DNA from: Guillardia theta CCMP2712
Taxonomy: Eukaryota > Protista > Cryptophyta
Reading direction: 5' to 3'
DNA: 64,000 nucleotides
NCBI RefSeq assembly: GCF_000315625.1
Contig: NW_005434528.1
Span: forward strand, 98,230 to 162,229
Shown in pieces: positions 1 to 10,460 of the stretch; position 1 is the stretch's first letter, and each line of letters starts with the position of its first letter. The notes under the pieces were generated by a model that did not search any database, was not told where the DNA came from, and saw nothing but the letters and a program-made list of their open reading frames with translations. A program made the position numbers and the translations under genes.

Positions 1-299
1 GCTGATGACCTGGGACAAGACCGCACCTTCACGCAAGTGTGGAGCCAACCCCGACAACCGGGGCGATGGTCTCCATGCACCGCGGTCGCCATGGGGAAGG
101 ATGCAAGGGAGCCTCCTCAAAAGATCTCCGCTTAGTCAATGGCCTCGCCGCCGGCATCGGCTTTTCCCGCCATTGAGTTGGGGATGTGAATCGACAGAAG
201 AATACGCTGACGTGGGTCAATGCAGTCCAGTATGCCCTCGAGCTCTACCAAATTGCATAGCTCGCACTGGGTCATTGCGGCACTAGATCTCTTGGAACC

Positions 300-2600
300 T
301 TGAAGCGACAGCTCCAGGAGAGGTATCTACCGCCGAGCCTCTTGTCGCAGTTGGTTCTTCAACTCGATAATCTGCAACAGGAGCCTGCATGGTGTAAGAC
401 TCAATTCGACAAGCCGAGGATGGGGAGATATGACAATTTCATCAATTGCCACCACAGGCTCGAGCTCTCAAGGTGGCCGGAAGTACAAACATGGACGTGT
501 GCAGGTCCAAGGGAGAAGATCCTGGAAGGATGGAGGCAACAAGAATGGCGCCCATGATACAGGCTCCTTGTTGGGTTTTCCCTTGTCACGTGTCCTTTCC
601 CTGTTGCTTCCTAGCATCGAGAATAAACTCGATTGTGTTCACACCTGCTTCTTTATCTTTTGAGGTTTTAAGAGTATTCGTCTCTTGGCTGCTTAGACAT
701 AGACCTAGGGTGTAACGCGTCTTGGTAGTCGAAAGTTTTCATATTTACTTTGTGATGCAGCGTGGATTGATATCATGGTTTGAGGTAAACCATGCTTGCC
801 ATGCCTTGTGCTTGCATGTTGTCTGGATTCCATATTCAGGTTTGGATCGACGTTGGGTAACATAGACGCCAGCAGCAGTCAGACTGCTTTCTTGCACCTT
901 GCTGGGACTACCATGCACTTGTCAAAGTTTTTGAAAGACGATTTACGCAAAAAGCAGGCTAGTATTCATCGGCACAGCCTTCATGGTCAGGTGGAACTGA
1001 ATAGGTGATTCATCTCCTTGCTGGCCCTAGACAACGACCTTGACTCAAACGGCATCAGCTAGACATGGAGTACAGCTCCGACGGGTCTCCGATCAATGCT
1101 GACCTTTTGACATCACTGCTCGACTTGATGAACCACCCATCTGTCTCATTTCTCTAGACGATGCAATGGGCATACGGATCCAATTTGCTTGCTTCCAGCT
1201 CAAAAGATTCATTTCAGTATGCGTGACTTACCTTTGCTGTTTAAAATCAAAATTGAATTGGCACATTGGATTCGTCTCGAGATCCGCATATCGGTCTTGT
1301 ATGATCATAGATGTTATCATCGATTGCGTTTCGCACCATCATACCCATGTCGTAGAGATGTGCGTTGGAACTAACGATCTGTTGCAAGATCATTCACAAG
1401 TACTTCATCCTTGTCGGCCTAGAGCTACTGCAGCACCATTGGGCGTCTTTTGCTATCTGCTCAGACCGAGTCAGGTGAGTTGCCGCGCCTGACTCAGTAA
1501 CCCCTAAGCCCTCATCGGTCGGATTGAGATGGGCAGCTTGGTATCCTCCCACGAGCTAATGCTCAGCCGCTTCAATAACTCGAAAGAAGAAGCCAATGTC
1601 TGAGCCGAGAGGCAAATATTGCACAGTGTATGACAACGAGTCATGGATAGGACAGGTCAAGTACCAAATGCTCGCAAGTGGAGCCCATTCATTCAGCCAG
1701 TACTCTCCTGCTCGTTGAAGCAGCAGCCTGCAATCCAGTCTTGCACTTGCATGCAACATGTCCGAGCAAGTCGATGCGCCTCCTCACGCAAGCGCACTGA
1801 AGTCGTACGGCAGGGAACGTGCAGCTGACTCTTGACAGAGGAAGGGAAGGATGGTAGAGGCAGCAAGACCTTCAAGACATAAGTGTGCTTGAGAAAGCAG
1901 GAGGATGAGGGATTGCTAGGATTGGGCGAAGCTTGTTGGCTTTGGCGACGGAGTGCTAATTAGCACAATCGGTGCCAATTCATGGAAAAAACAAGAAGTA
2001 GGTTGTCACAGATCGCCACTTTCATCATGAAGAATTTCTCCTAGAGCTAGGAATGTTCATTGTGAGCCTTGTTTCGATGTGATCCACAGGGTAGGGATAA
2101 GACGAGGTGGGCTAACATTGATTCAACTGCGATGTACAGGATCTGAAACTCACTTGTTCTGAAGCGATAGGTGTGAGACAGCCTGTCAAAAGTTTGAAGT
2201 CAGCAGAGGAATCCTGATGGCCATGGGGTATGGGCCATAGGCAAAATGGTGCTTCGATGGGAGGCAGAAATCAGGACATCTTCAAAGTAGAGTACCTTAA
2301 TCATCGTGGCCCTTTGACATCTTGATCCTATCCTAGCATCACTGATCTTGCATTTGATAACAGGATGATTGATTGTCGTAGATCATAGGCATCGTCGATG
2401 ATTCGAGCTTTCTCTGACCCTAGCATCGTTGATCCCAGGACAAAGCATTGTTGATCGTAGCATTTGGTCACCTTAATCTCAGCATCTTTGATCCATGCAG
2501 CAGTCATAGGTTTCATCCTCCTCTGACAGCCTCTGCCCACCGAAGATGCTGCAGGCATCTTGCCATTCTTGCTGCACGTAATGCGCTCTCATGCTGACAG
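300..2600 (+). mobile_element. Highly degenerate Ty3/gypsy-like LTR retrotransposon relic
   Basis: Gag-like LKRQLQERYLPPSLLSQLVLQLDNLQQ near 300-380 and integrase zinc-finger-like GRDKT...DVQDLKLTC near 2090-2160. Many stops and frameshifts; no LTRs recognised; boundaries approximate. Confidence 0.4.
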
Positions 2601-3372
2601 TCCTTGGGCAAACCCCAGTGCGAGCTGAGTTGCACCTCAGGGTGAATCGAGCCGCATAAAGGTTTGAATGCGTTATAAAGGGGTGGGGGTGGGGGTGCCT
2701 CTGTAACCAGGTGGACAGGGTGAGCCGTGACGTGGTGACATGGGTGGATCGGACAGGTGGAGGAGGTGAGAGGGGGTGGAGAGATGAAGGTAGATTATTG
2801 AAGATGAGTGGGGTGGTGCGCCATCTCCTGTCACGGACCTCTTGTAAGGTTTCAAGGTTATCCGAAGCTAGCTACCCGTGGCCTGCCCCCAACTTACCCG
2901 GGTGAACAGAAGGGTGTGGTCGTCTCGATCAGGGGGTGGAGGTGGACGTTTGAGGGGTCCATGGGATGTTAAACGATCCTCGTGGTGAAAAATGACAGGT
3001 GGAGGTTGGGGGGGTTCGAGGTCCGAATTTACGGGGTAGGGACCGTCCGAAACAGCACTGGAAGAGGGGTCCATAGGGTCGGGGGTGGTGTGGCTTTTCA
3101 AGAATGTTCTTCTGACCCTTCAGTACCCCTGCGGTCTCTGGAGTTCCTACAGGTGGGCTGGTACCCCCCCACCCTCCCTTGGAAAATACCTGGCAATCAC
3201 CTCGATTACCGTCACATGAGGTAGGGTACCCTACCCTAAATGCCGATTTCATGTTCAAAGTTCGATGGCTCTGTCTTGATTTTTGAAATTATTGCGATAA
3301 ATTTCAGAGTTGCTACCACGAGAGAACCTTTCGACCCCCGCTGGATAGGTCCGCTGTGCTCAGGATCAGCGC

Positions 3373-6300
3373 ATGGGGATGGTGGGGGCTACGAGCATGC
3401 AGACGAGGGTTGCGGCGGTGTGGGGGAGGAAGACACTTGTATGGCATCTTCTTGTGATGTGCTCACTTGTACCTCTCACCTGCTCTGAGAGTGCTCCCTC
3501 GGAATCTTCTTTCATTTCAAGTACTCCAGCAATCTCCTCGTCCTCCTCCTCTACTCCAGCCTTCTCCTCCTCCTCCTCCTCTACTCCAATCATCTCCTCG
3601 TCCTCCTCTACTCCAGCCTTCTCCTCCTCCTCTACTCCGGTCGTCTCCTCCTCCTCCTCTACTCCGGTCGTCTCCTCCTCCTCCTCCTCTACTCCGGTCG
3701 TCTCATCGTCTACGACGTCGACTACTCCAGCCATCTCTTCGACTCCAGAAAGTACTCCGGTCGTCTCCTCCTCCTCGTCTACTCCGGTCGTCTCCTCCTC
3801 CTCGTCTACTCCGGTCGTCTCATCGTCTTCGTCTACTCCGGTCGTCTCATCGTCTACTACGTCGACTACTCCGGTCGTCTCATCGTCTACGACGTCGACT
3901 TCTCCGGTCGTCTCATCGTCTACTACGTCGACTACTCCAGCCATCTCTTCGACTCCAGAAAGTACTCCGGTGATCTCCTCCTCCTCCTCTACTCCGGTCG
4001 TCTCCTCCTCCTCCTCCTCTACTCCGGTCGTCTCATCGTCTACTACCTCGACTACTCCAGCCATCTCTTCGACTCCAGAAAGTACTCCGGTGATCTCCTC
4101 CTCCTCGTCGTCTACTCCGGTCGTCTCCTCCTCCTCCTCGTCTACTCCGGTCGTCTCATCGTCTGCGACGTCGACTACTCCGGTCGTCTCATCGTCTACT
4201 ACGTCGACTACTCCAGCCATCTCTTCGACTCCAGAAAGTACTCCGGTTGTCTCCTCCTCCTCGTCTACTCCGGTCGTCTCCTCCTCCTCCTCGTCTACTC
4301 CGGTCGTCTCATCGTCTACTACCTCGACTACTCCGGTCGTCTCATCGTCTGCGACGTCGAGTACTCCGGTCGTCTCATCGTCTACGACGTCGACTACTCC
4401 AGCCATCTCTTCGACTCCAGAAAGTACTCCGGTGATCTCCTCCTCCTCGTCTACTCCGGTCGTCTCCTCCTCCTCCTCGTCTACTCCGGTCGTCTCATCG
4501 TCTACGACGTCGACTACTCCGGTCGTCTCATCGTCTACGACGTCGACTACTCCGGTCGTCTCATCGTCTACGACGTCGACTACTCCAGCCATCTCTTCGA
4601 CTCCAGAAAGTACTCCGGTTGTCTCCTCCTCCTCCTCTACTCCGGTCGTCTCCTCCTCCTCCTCGTCTACTCCGGTCATCTCATCGTCTACGACGTCGAC
4701 TACTCCAGCCATCTCTTCGACTCCAGAAAGTACTCCGGTCGTCTCCTCCTCGTCGTCTACTCCGGTCGTCTCCTCCTCCTCCTCGTCTACTCCGGTCGTC
4801 TCATCGTCTACGACGTCGACTACTCCAGCCATCTCTTCGACTCCAGAAAGTACTCCGGTGATCTCCTCCTCCTCCTCCTCTACTCTAGCAATCTCCTCCT
4901 CCTCGTCTACTCCGGTCGTCTCCTCCTGGACTACTCCGAGCGTCTCATCGACTCCAGAAAGTACTCCGGTTGTCTCCTCCTCTTCCTCTACTCCGGTCGT
5001 CTCCTCCTCCTCGTCTACTCCGGTCGTCTCCTCCTCCTCCTCGTCTACTCCGGTCATCTCCTCCTGGACTACTCCGGTCATCTCATCGTCTACTACCTCT
5101 ACTCCGGTCGTCTCATCATCTGCGACGTCGACTGCTCCGGTCGTCTCATCGTCTACTACGTCGACTACTCCGGTCGTCTCATCGTCTACTACGTCGACGA
5201 CTCCGGTCGTCTCATCGTCTACGACGTCGACTGCTCCGGTCGTCTCATCGTCTACTACGTCGACTACTCCGGTCGTCTCATCGTCTACGACGTCGACTAC
5301 TCCGGTCGTCTCATCGTCTACTACGTCGACTACTCCGGTCGTCTCATCGTCTACTACGTCGACTACTCCGGTCGTCTCATCGTCTACTACGTCGACTTCT
5401 CCGGTCGTCTCATCGTCTACGACGTCGACTGCTCCGGTCGTCTCATCGTCTACGACGTCGACTACTCCGGTCGTCTCATCGTCTACTACGTCGACTACTC
5501 CGGTCGTCTCATCGTCTACTACGTCGACTGCTCCGGTCGTCTCATCGTCTACTACGTCGACTACTCCGGTCGTCTCATCGTCTACTACGTCAACTACTCC
5601 GGTCATCTCATCGTCTACGACGTCAACTACGTCGACTACTCCGGTCGTCTCATCGTCTACTACGTCAACTACTCTGGTCGTCTCATCGTCTACGACGTCG
5701 ACTTCTCCGGTCGTCTCATCGTCTACTACCTCGACTACTCCGGTCGTCTCATCGTCTGCTACGTCGAGTACTCCGGTCGTCTCATCGTCTACTACCTCGA
5801 CTGCTCCGGTCGTCTCATCGTCTACGACGTCGACTGCTCCAGTCGTCTCATCGTCTACTACGTCGACTACTCCGGTCGTCTCATCGTCTACTACGTCGAC
5901 TACTCCGGTCGTCTCATCGTCTGCTACGTCGACTACTCCGGTCGTCTCATCGTCTACTACGTCGACTACTCCAGTCGTTTCATCGTCTACGACGTCGACT
6001 ACTCCGGTCGTCTCATCGTCTACGACGTCAACTGCTCCAGTCGTCTCATCGTCTACGACGTCGACTACTCCGGTCGTCTCATCGTCTACGACGTCGACTA
6101 CTCCGGTCGTCTCATCGTCTACGACGTCGACTACTCCGGTCGTCTCATCGTCTACCTTCAGGACACCATCCTTGAGTTCTCCCGTGCCGACTTTTCAGTT
6201 GTGTGGCAACGGAGTTCTTGACCCTGGTGAGACTTGTGATGATGGAAACACAATCTCTGGCGATGGTTGCAGCTCGCTGTGTCGAGTTGAGCCATACTGG

Positions 6301-8340
6301 ACCTGCAGCAATCCGGTGGAGACCACGGAGGAGATCTTCTCGTCGCCTGTGACCAGCACACCTGTGCAAACAACGCCTGTACTGCAGATGACCGAGCATC
6401 TGTCTCTGTGTACATGGCTTGCTACTCCCCAGTGGACCGGACTCTCCGTGCTGAGCGGATCACAGTACGCAACGATGCTGAACCAGCTGACCATCTTGTT
6501 GACTTCCAACTTTCCTCTCAAGGTTGGAAGCAATTTCTCCATCATTGGTCTCAATGTCACTATCGACGGCAACCCCGACAATGTCTCAGTCTCAGGCAAT
6601 GACATATTGTCTTATGCTCTCTGGTCGGATACAGCGGGCAAGCTTACCGTGTTTGTCAAGGCTGAGGTCAACTCCACTTCCTTCACTGTGCAGGTCGTCA
6701 ACCCATCATACGGCAGAGATCCGATCACGCTTGGCGCTGTGTGCTCGGACTGTGTGAGCTTTGCTCCTTCCTATCTGGTCTACAATGCAAACCTCACAAG
6801 CGGCCTCGCCACGGTCGCCCTCGCACCCAGCTCTTGCGGGAAGGACGGCCAAGGGATCGCACTGTACGGCAGCGACTGTCAATACAAATGCTATGGTGTG
6901 GTCACAGATAAATATTGTGTCTGCAATGCGGGGCAGTTCGGGCCAGGCTGCTCTCAGAGTCTGGGAACTCCTTCTCAGGTGCAAACAAAGTCCATTCCGC
7001 CAGGTGAGGCAGCATCTATCTCAGGATCGGGCGGGCTCTCGGTGAGTCTTCCAGCTGGGGCTCTGCTGGGGTCTCAGACCATTAGCGTGGCGGTCTACGA
7101 CGTGTCAAATCTTAACCTATCTCAAGGAACTACGGAGACGCTTGTACCAGCTGGGCCCGTGATCATCTTTACTCCAGCTGGTCTGCGGTTCAAGAAGCCG
7201 ATAACCATCCGCATCCCGTACAATCCTGACAAGATACCAGCAAATCTTCGACCCTACGTGTTCTACTACAACTCATCGTCATTGAATCCGTGGGAGCGAC
7301 AGATTTCTACCCCAAGACCGAACGCGACTCCTCCGGTCTTGGAGGCTTTGATCGATCATTTTTCGGGGTTTACTCCTCTTGGTGCAAATCCTCCCTCGAA
7401 TAGCGATTCATCTTCTCCGGCTTCTTCGTCGACTGGTTTGACCACAAGCTCGACGATTGGCTTATCCACTCCATCCCCTCTCTCGCCCTCGCCCTCGCCC
7501 TCTCCTACTCCACTTTCTCCTATTCCATCTCCTTCACCTACTCCTTCTTCTCCTTCATCTCCTTCTCCTCCCTCTCCGAATGTTCCTCCACCACCGCCTT
7601 CTCCATCAGGAGGTGGCAGCGGTGGTGGTGGAGGCAGTGGAGGAGGAGGTGGAGGCGGCGGCGGTGGTGGAGGTGGAGGTGGAGCTCCAAGTCCGCCTTC
7701 AGCCCCAGCTGCTCCACCTACTTACACAGCCTCAAGCTCGGCCTCCGGCTTTGCGGTTCGATTGCAGGTCGTCTCGCCCATGTCAGACACCTTCTTCAGC
7801 TCCAACTCCGACCAGATCAAGCAAGCGCTGGCGGAGGGACTCAGACTCAACGTCGCCGATGTCAACAGCCCGACGGTCATCGGATACGTGCAACGACGGT
7901 CCAACCAATCTCTCTCTTTCTCGGCAGACTTGAAGGTGGACAACCCCTTGGGCTTTGTCGAGTCAGTACAAGCCAACGCATCTCAGACGTTGACGAGATT
8001 GAACGTGGCTTTCTCGCAGAGGAGCATCCCCGACGCTACATCTTTCAGCATATCATTGATACCGCCGCCTGCTCTGTCCTCGGGCGCGATCGCAGGGATC
8101 GCCATCGGGTCAGTGGGAGCAGGGCTGGTGCTGGTGGCTATCGGCTGGATGGTCTACAAGGAGAGGAAGAGAAGGAATGTGGAGAAGCGATACGCTATCT
8201 CTGAGCCGCCTGCACAACAAGCAGCTCCGCTTCCTGTTCAAGAGTCTCCAGTAAGTGCAGATGGCTTCAGCGTAAGCAGTCAGTTCGTTGTAGAACCGAC
8301 CTTTCAAAATCAAGGTTTTCACTACTACAGATGGAGCTGA
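3373..8340 (+). CDS. Mucin-like type I membrane protein, copy 1 (1655 aa)
   Basis: Uninterrupted ORF. Features in order: signal-like N-terminus, ~880-aa Ser/Thr/Pro array, CGNGVLDPGETCDDGNTISGDGCSSLC (Myxococcus cysteine-rich/DUF4215-type repeat), EGF-like Cys cluster, ZU5-like region ending in IDHFSGF, Pro/Gly linker, TM helix GAIAGIAIGSVGAGLVLVAIGWMVY followed by KERKRR. Confidence 0.9.
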   Translation: MGMVGATSMQTRVAAVWGRKTLVWHLLVMCSLVPLTCSESAPSESSFISSTPAISSSSSSTPAFSSSSSSTPIISSSSSTPAFSSSSTPVVSSSSSTPVVSSSSSSTPVVSSSTTSTTPAISSTPESTPVVSSSSSTPVVSSSSSTPVVSSSSSTPVVSSSTTSTTPVVSSSTTSTSPVVSSSTTSTTPAISSTPESTPVISSSSSTPVVSSSSSSTPVVSSSTTSTTPAISSTPESTPVISSSSSSTPVVSSSSSSTPVVSSSATSTTPVVSSSTTSTTPAISSTPESTPVVSSSSSTPVVSSSSSSTPVVSSSTTSTTPVVSSSATSSTPVVSSSTTSTTPAISSTPESTPVISSSSSTPVVSSSSSSTPVVSSSTTSTTPVVSSSTTSTTPVVSSSTTSTTPAISSTPESTPVVSSSSSTPVVSSSSSSTPVISSSTTSTTPAISSTPESTPVVSSSSSTPVVSSSSSSTPVVSSSTTSTTPAISSTPESTPVISSSSSSTLAISSSSSTPVVSSWTTPSVSSTPESTPVVSSSSSTPVVSSSSSTPVVSSSSSSTPVISSWTTPVISSSTTSTPVVSSSATSTAPVVSSSTTSTTPVVSSSTTSTTPVVSSSTTSTAPVVSSSTTSTTPVVSSSTTSTTPVVSSSTTSTTPVVSSSTTSTTPVVSSSTTSTSPVVSSSTTSTAPVVSSSTTSTTPVVSSSTTSTTPVVSSSTTSTAPVVSSSTTSTTPVVSSSTTSTTPVISSSTTSTTSTTPVVSSSTTSTTLVVSSSTTSTSPVVSSSTTSTTPVVSSSATSSTPVVSSSTTSTAPVVSSSTTSTAPVVSSSTTSTTPVVSSSTTSTTPVVSSSATSTTPVVSSSTTSTTPVVSSSTTSTTPVVSSSTTSTAPVVSSSTTSTTPVVSSSTTSTTPVVSSSTTSTTPVVSSSTFRTPSLSSPVPTFQLCGNGVLDPGETCDDGNTISGDGCSSLCRVEPYWTCSNPVETTEEIFSSPVTSTPVQTTPVLQMTEHLSLCTWLATPQWTGLSVLSGSQYATMLNQLTILLTSNFPLKVGSNFSIIGLNVTIDGNPDNVSVSGNDILSYALWSDTAGKLTVFVKAEVNSTSFTVQVVNPSYGRDPITLGAVCSDCVSFAPSYLVYNANLTSGLATVALAPSSCGKDGQGIALYGSDCQYKCYGVVTDKYCVCNAGQFGPGCSQSLGTPSQVQTKSIPPGEAASISGSGGLSVSLPAGALLGSQTISVAVYDVSNLNLSQGTTETLVPAGPVIIFTPAGLRFKKPITIRIPYNPDKIPANLRPYVFYYNSSSLNPWERQISTPRPNATPPVLEALIDHFSGFTPLGANPPSNSDSSSPASSSTGLTTSSTIGLSTPSPLSPSPSPSPTPLSPIPSPSPTPSSPSSPSPPSPNVPPPPPSPSGGGSGGGGGSGGGGGGGGGGGGGGGAPSPPSAPAAPPTYTASSSASGFAVRLQVVSPMSDTFFSSNSDQIKQALAEGLRLNVADVNSPTVIGYVQRRSNQSLSFSADLKVDNPLGFVESVQANASQTLTRLNVAFSQRSIPDATSFSISLIPPPALSSGAIAGIAIGSVGAGLVLVAIGWMVYKERKRRNVEKRYAISEPPAQQAAPLPVQESPVSADGFSVSSQFVVEPTFQNQGFHYYRWS
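3520..6160 (+). repeat. Coding minisatellite of mucin copy 1
   Basis: 33-bp unit ACTACTCCGGTCGTCTCATCGTCTAC(G/T)ACGTCG (TTPVVSSSTTS), about 30 copies from ~5100 to 6155. It is preceded by composite higher-order units containing STTPAISSTPE. Confidence 0.95.
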
Positions 8341-8471
8341 GGCCCTGACATGTCTTGAATTTTGAAAAACACAACAAAATCTAATAATCTTCTGTAACTA
8401 CAATGATGAACTGTGATTTGAAAGCAAATAGATTTAACATGAAACTCGACACACACATTCGCTTTTGTTCA

Positions 8472-9659
8472 TCAGACGATTACGTGTCCAAAACCAGGTG
8501 GGCGTGCAACAAGAAGATTATCCTCGTAAAACTTCAGCCCTTGTACGATCATGTCCAGAGAAACAGATGAAGCTCCATGTATCTGCTGTAGACTTCCACT
8601 GGCCGGTCCCATCGGCGGTCGGTTTGACCCTGACACTGCATGGAGATAAAGGCGGATCCTTGCAGCTTGTGGCTTGTCCTGGAGGAGGATACCAAGCTCT
8701 TGATCGGAGTTGATCAGGATCTTGTCGCCATCGTCATCTATGTAGCTTAGCTGCAAGCAGCTCGTTGGGAGGCCCTTGAGATCTTCACTAAAAGCGCTTT
8801 GAAGTCCTTCCATCACCATCCTGTAACCACCTACAGGATTGCCAAGATGATCGAAGTCAAAGCTCCAATTGAGATGTCTGAAGACAGCTTCTTTCTCTCT
8901 TTGTACAAGAGATACCTTGAAGTTCATCTCACGATGTCTCAAGGAGCTGGAAGTCTGCGCCCCTGACTTTGGCATGAACGAGTGTTCAGATGATAACCGC
9001 GTAGGAAAAGTTTCGTTCGATTCGACGTGCGCGTTGCGACTCGTTCTGCGAGGCCTTGAGAGGCCATGACGCTTGATAAACCGAGAGTACCAGCCATGAG
9101 ACGCTTTGAAGTCTGACACCCCCATCTCGCTTGCCACGTTCATCGCACACTTGCAAATCTGTGACCTGCATCCCAACCCAAGACCGGCCTCTACTATGCA
9201 TTCATGGATTCGCTTCTCCAGTTCTAGATGTGAATCGTTGGGAGCATAGCGCTTGATGCTCGCATGAAGACCACAACCAGATATGTATTTCAGTCTGCAA
9301 ACATTCTCGGCCTTGAGAATTTTAGATATTGCGGATCTGCTCTTCCCAAACATCGTTGCGAGCTGGCCCTGGGTCATGAAGACTTCAGGGTTTGTTGAAG
9401 TATAGCACTTGATGATTTCCATCTTCTCTCCAAGAGTCAGGTTGCTCTTCTTGTTGTCAGCTTTCTTACATGAACCGCGGTCTGCCTTTGTCGTCTCCTT
9501 TGCTAGACTTGGCATGTTTCGAGCCCCTGACTCTGCAGATTCTTGTTGAAGAGGGGTTTGCTGAGCCATTGGAGGTGAGAAGAGACAAGGTTGCAGGTTC
9601 CCAAGGCCGCACAACTTGGCGAGAGTGTCGAAGTTCTTCACAGGCAGAAGTGTTTGCAT
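8472..9659 (-). CDS. CENP-B/pogo-type tandem HTH + PB1 domain protein, copy A (395 aa)
   Basis: LTLGEKMEIIK...TQGQLATMFGKSRSAISKILK (psq/CENP-B N-terminal HTH), LELEKRI...FKASHGWYSRFIKRHGL (HTH_Tnp_Tc5), and FKVSL...LSYIDDDGDKILINSDQEL (PB1 with OPCA motif). No DDE domain. Confidence 0.85.
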   Translation of the reverse strand: MQTLLPVKNFDTLAKLCGLGNLQPCLFSPPMAQQTPLQQESAESGARNMPSLAKETTKADRGSCKKADNKKSNLTLGEKMEIIKCYTSTNPEVFMTQGQLATMFGKSRSAISKILKAENVCRLKYISGCGLHASIKRYAPNDSHLELEKRIHECIVEAGLGLGCRSQICKCAMNVASEMGVSDFKASHGWYSRFIKRHGLSRPRRTSRNAHVESNETFPTRLSSEHSFMPKSGAQTSSSLRHREMNFKVSLVQREKEAVFRHLNWSFDFDHLGNPVGGYRMVMEGLQSAFSEDLKGLPTSCLQLSYIDDDGDKILINSDQELGILLQDKPQAARIRLYLHAVSGSNRPPMGPASGSLQQIHGASSVSLDMIVQGLKFYEDNLLVARPPGFGHVIV

Positions 9660-10460
9660 GGCTGATGAACAAGCAGCTGGTCCTACCCGCCCTCAGAGGA
9701 TAGGTCCACCAGACCACCCCACCCCCCTCGACCTCCTCGCTGCTTAAAACTAAACTCTCTGTAGTAAGAAACTCTTTCTTTTTCTTTTTTGGCAGAAGGT
9801 TCGCACTGCAGCATCGAAATGCCGCCGACAAATTTGAATATTTGTCTGCACCAAATTCTCAATGTGTCAAGATTTTTCGAAATATAAGCCATTTTTGCAG
9901 GTGTCAGATCGGATGTCCATGGGAATCTATAAAGCACTTTGGGAGGATATGAAGAAGGAAATATCCTACCGCTTTATACGGTCCCGCCTCAGGACGCATC
10001 AGATTGTTCTGAGGCGTGCCTACCGAGGCCTCCTACAGCTTATACCAACCAATTTTTTTCAATTTTTCCTACATCGCACACGACATGGGCAGGTGTCATG
10101 TTAATTACAATTGTAACCCGTTTAAGTCGAAAATATTTTGTAAATCCTTGCCGTTGAATACTTTGCCGTTGAAACTTTGCCGTTGCATTTGCGAACAGTT
10201 GCGTTTCAGTTTTCCGACGCCCTCTCCGACGCCCTTTCGGACTCCCCGAGTCCGACTCCTCGACTCGCCGCCGGTCAGCCTGCCCGGCCCGGCGCTCCGG
10301 TGTTGTAAGTATTTCAAGTTTGTAGTAAGTAGTAGTACTCCGTTTACTCAGAGTTAAGTTATCAAAAAATCAGTACGAGGACAATCAGGAGAGTTGAGGA
10401 GGCTTGACCTAAACCCAATCCTGCCAACTGCTGTTCCCCAAACTTAACTGATACCTTCAC

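Noticed and set aside
3366-5606. 746-aa acidic antisense ORF, the similar 41844-42929 ORF and the Arg/Leu-rich alternate-frame ORFs
   Set aside because: Shadows of the stop-poor coding minisatellites; only the Ser/Thr frame connects a signal peptide to real domains.
8472-9659. Active pogo/Tigger DNA transposon
   Set aside because: No DDE domain and no TIRs recognised around either copy.
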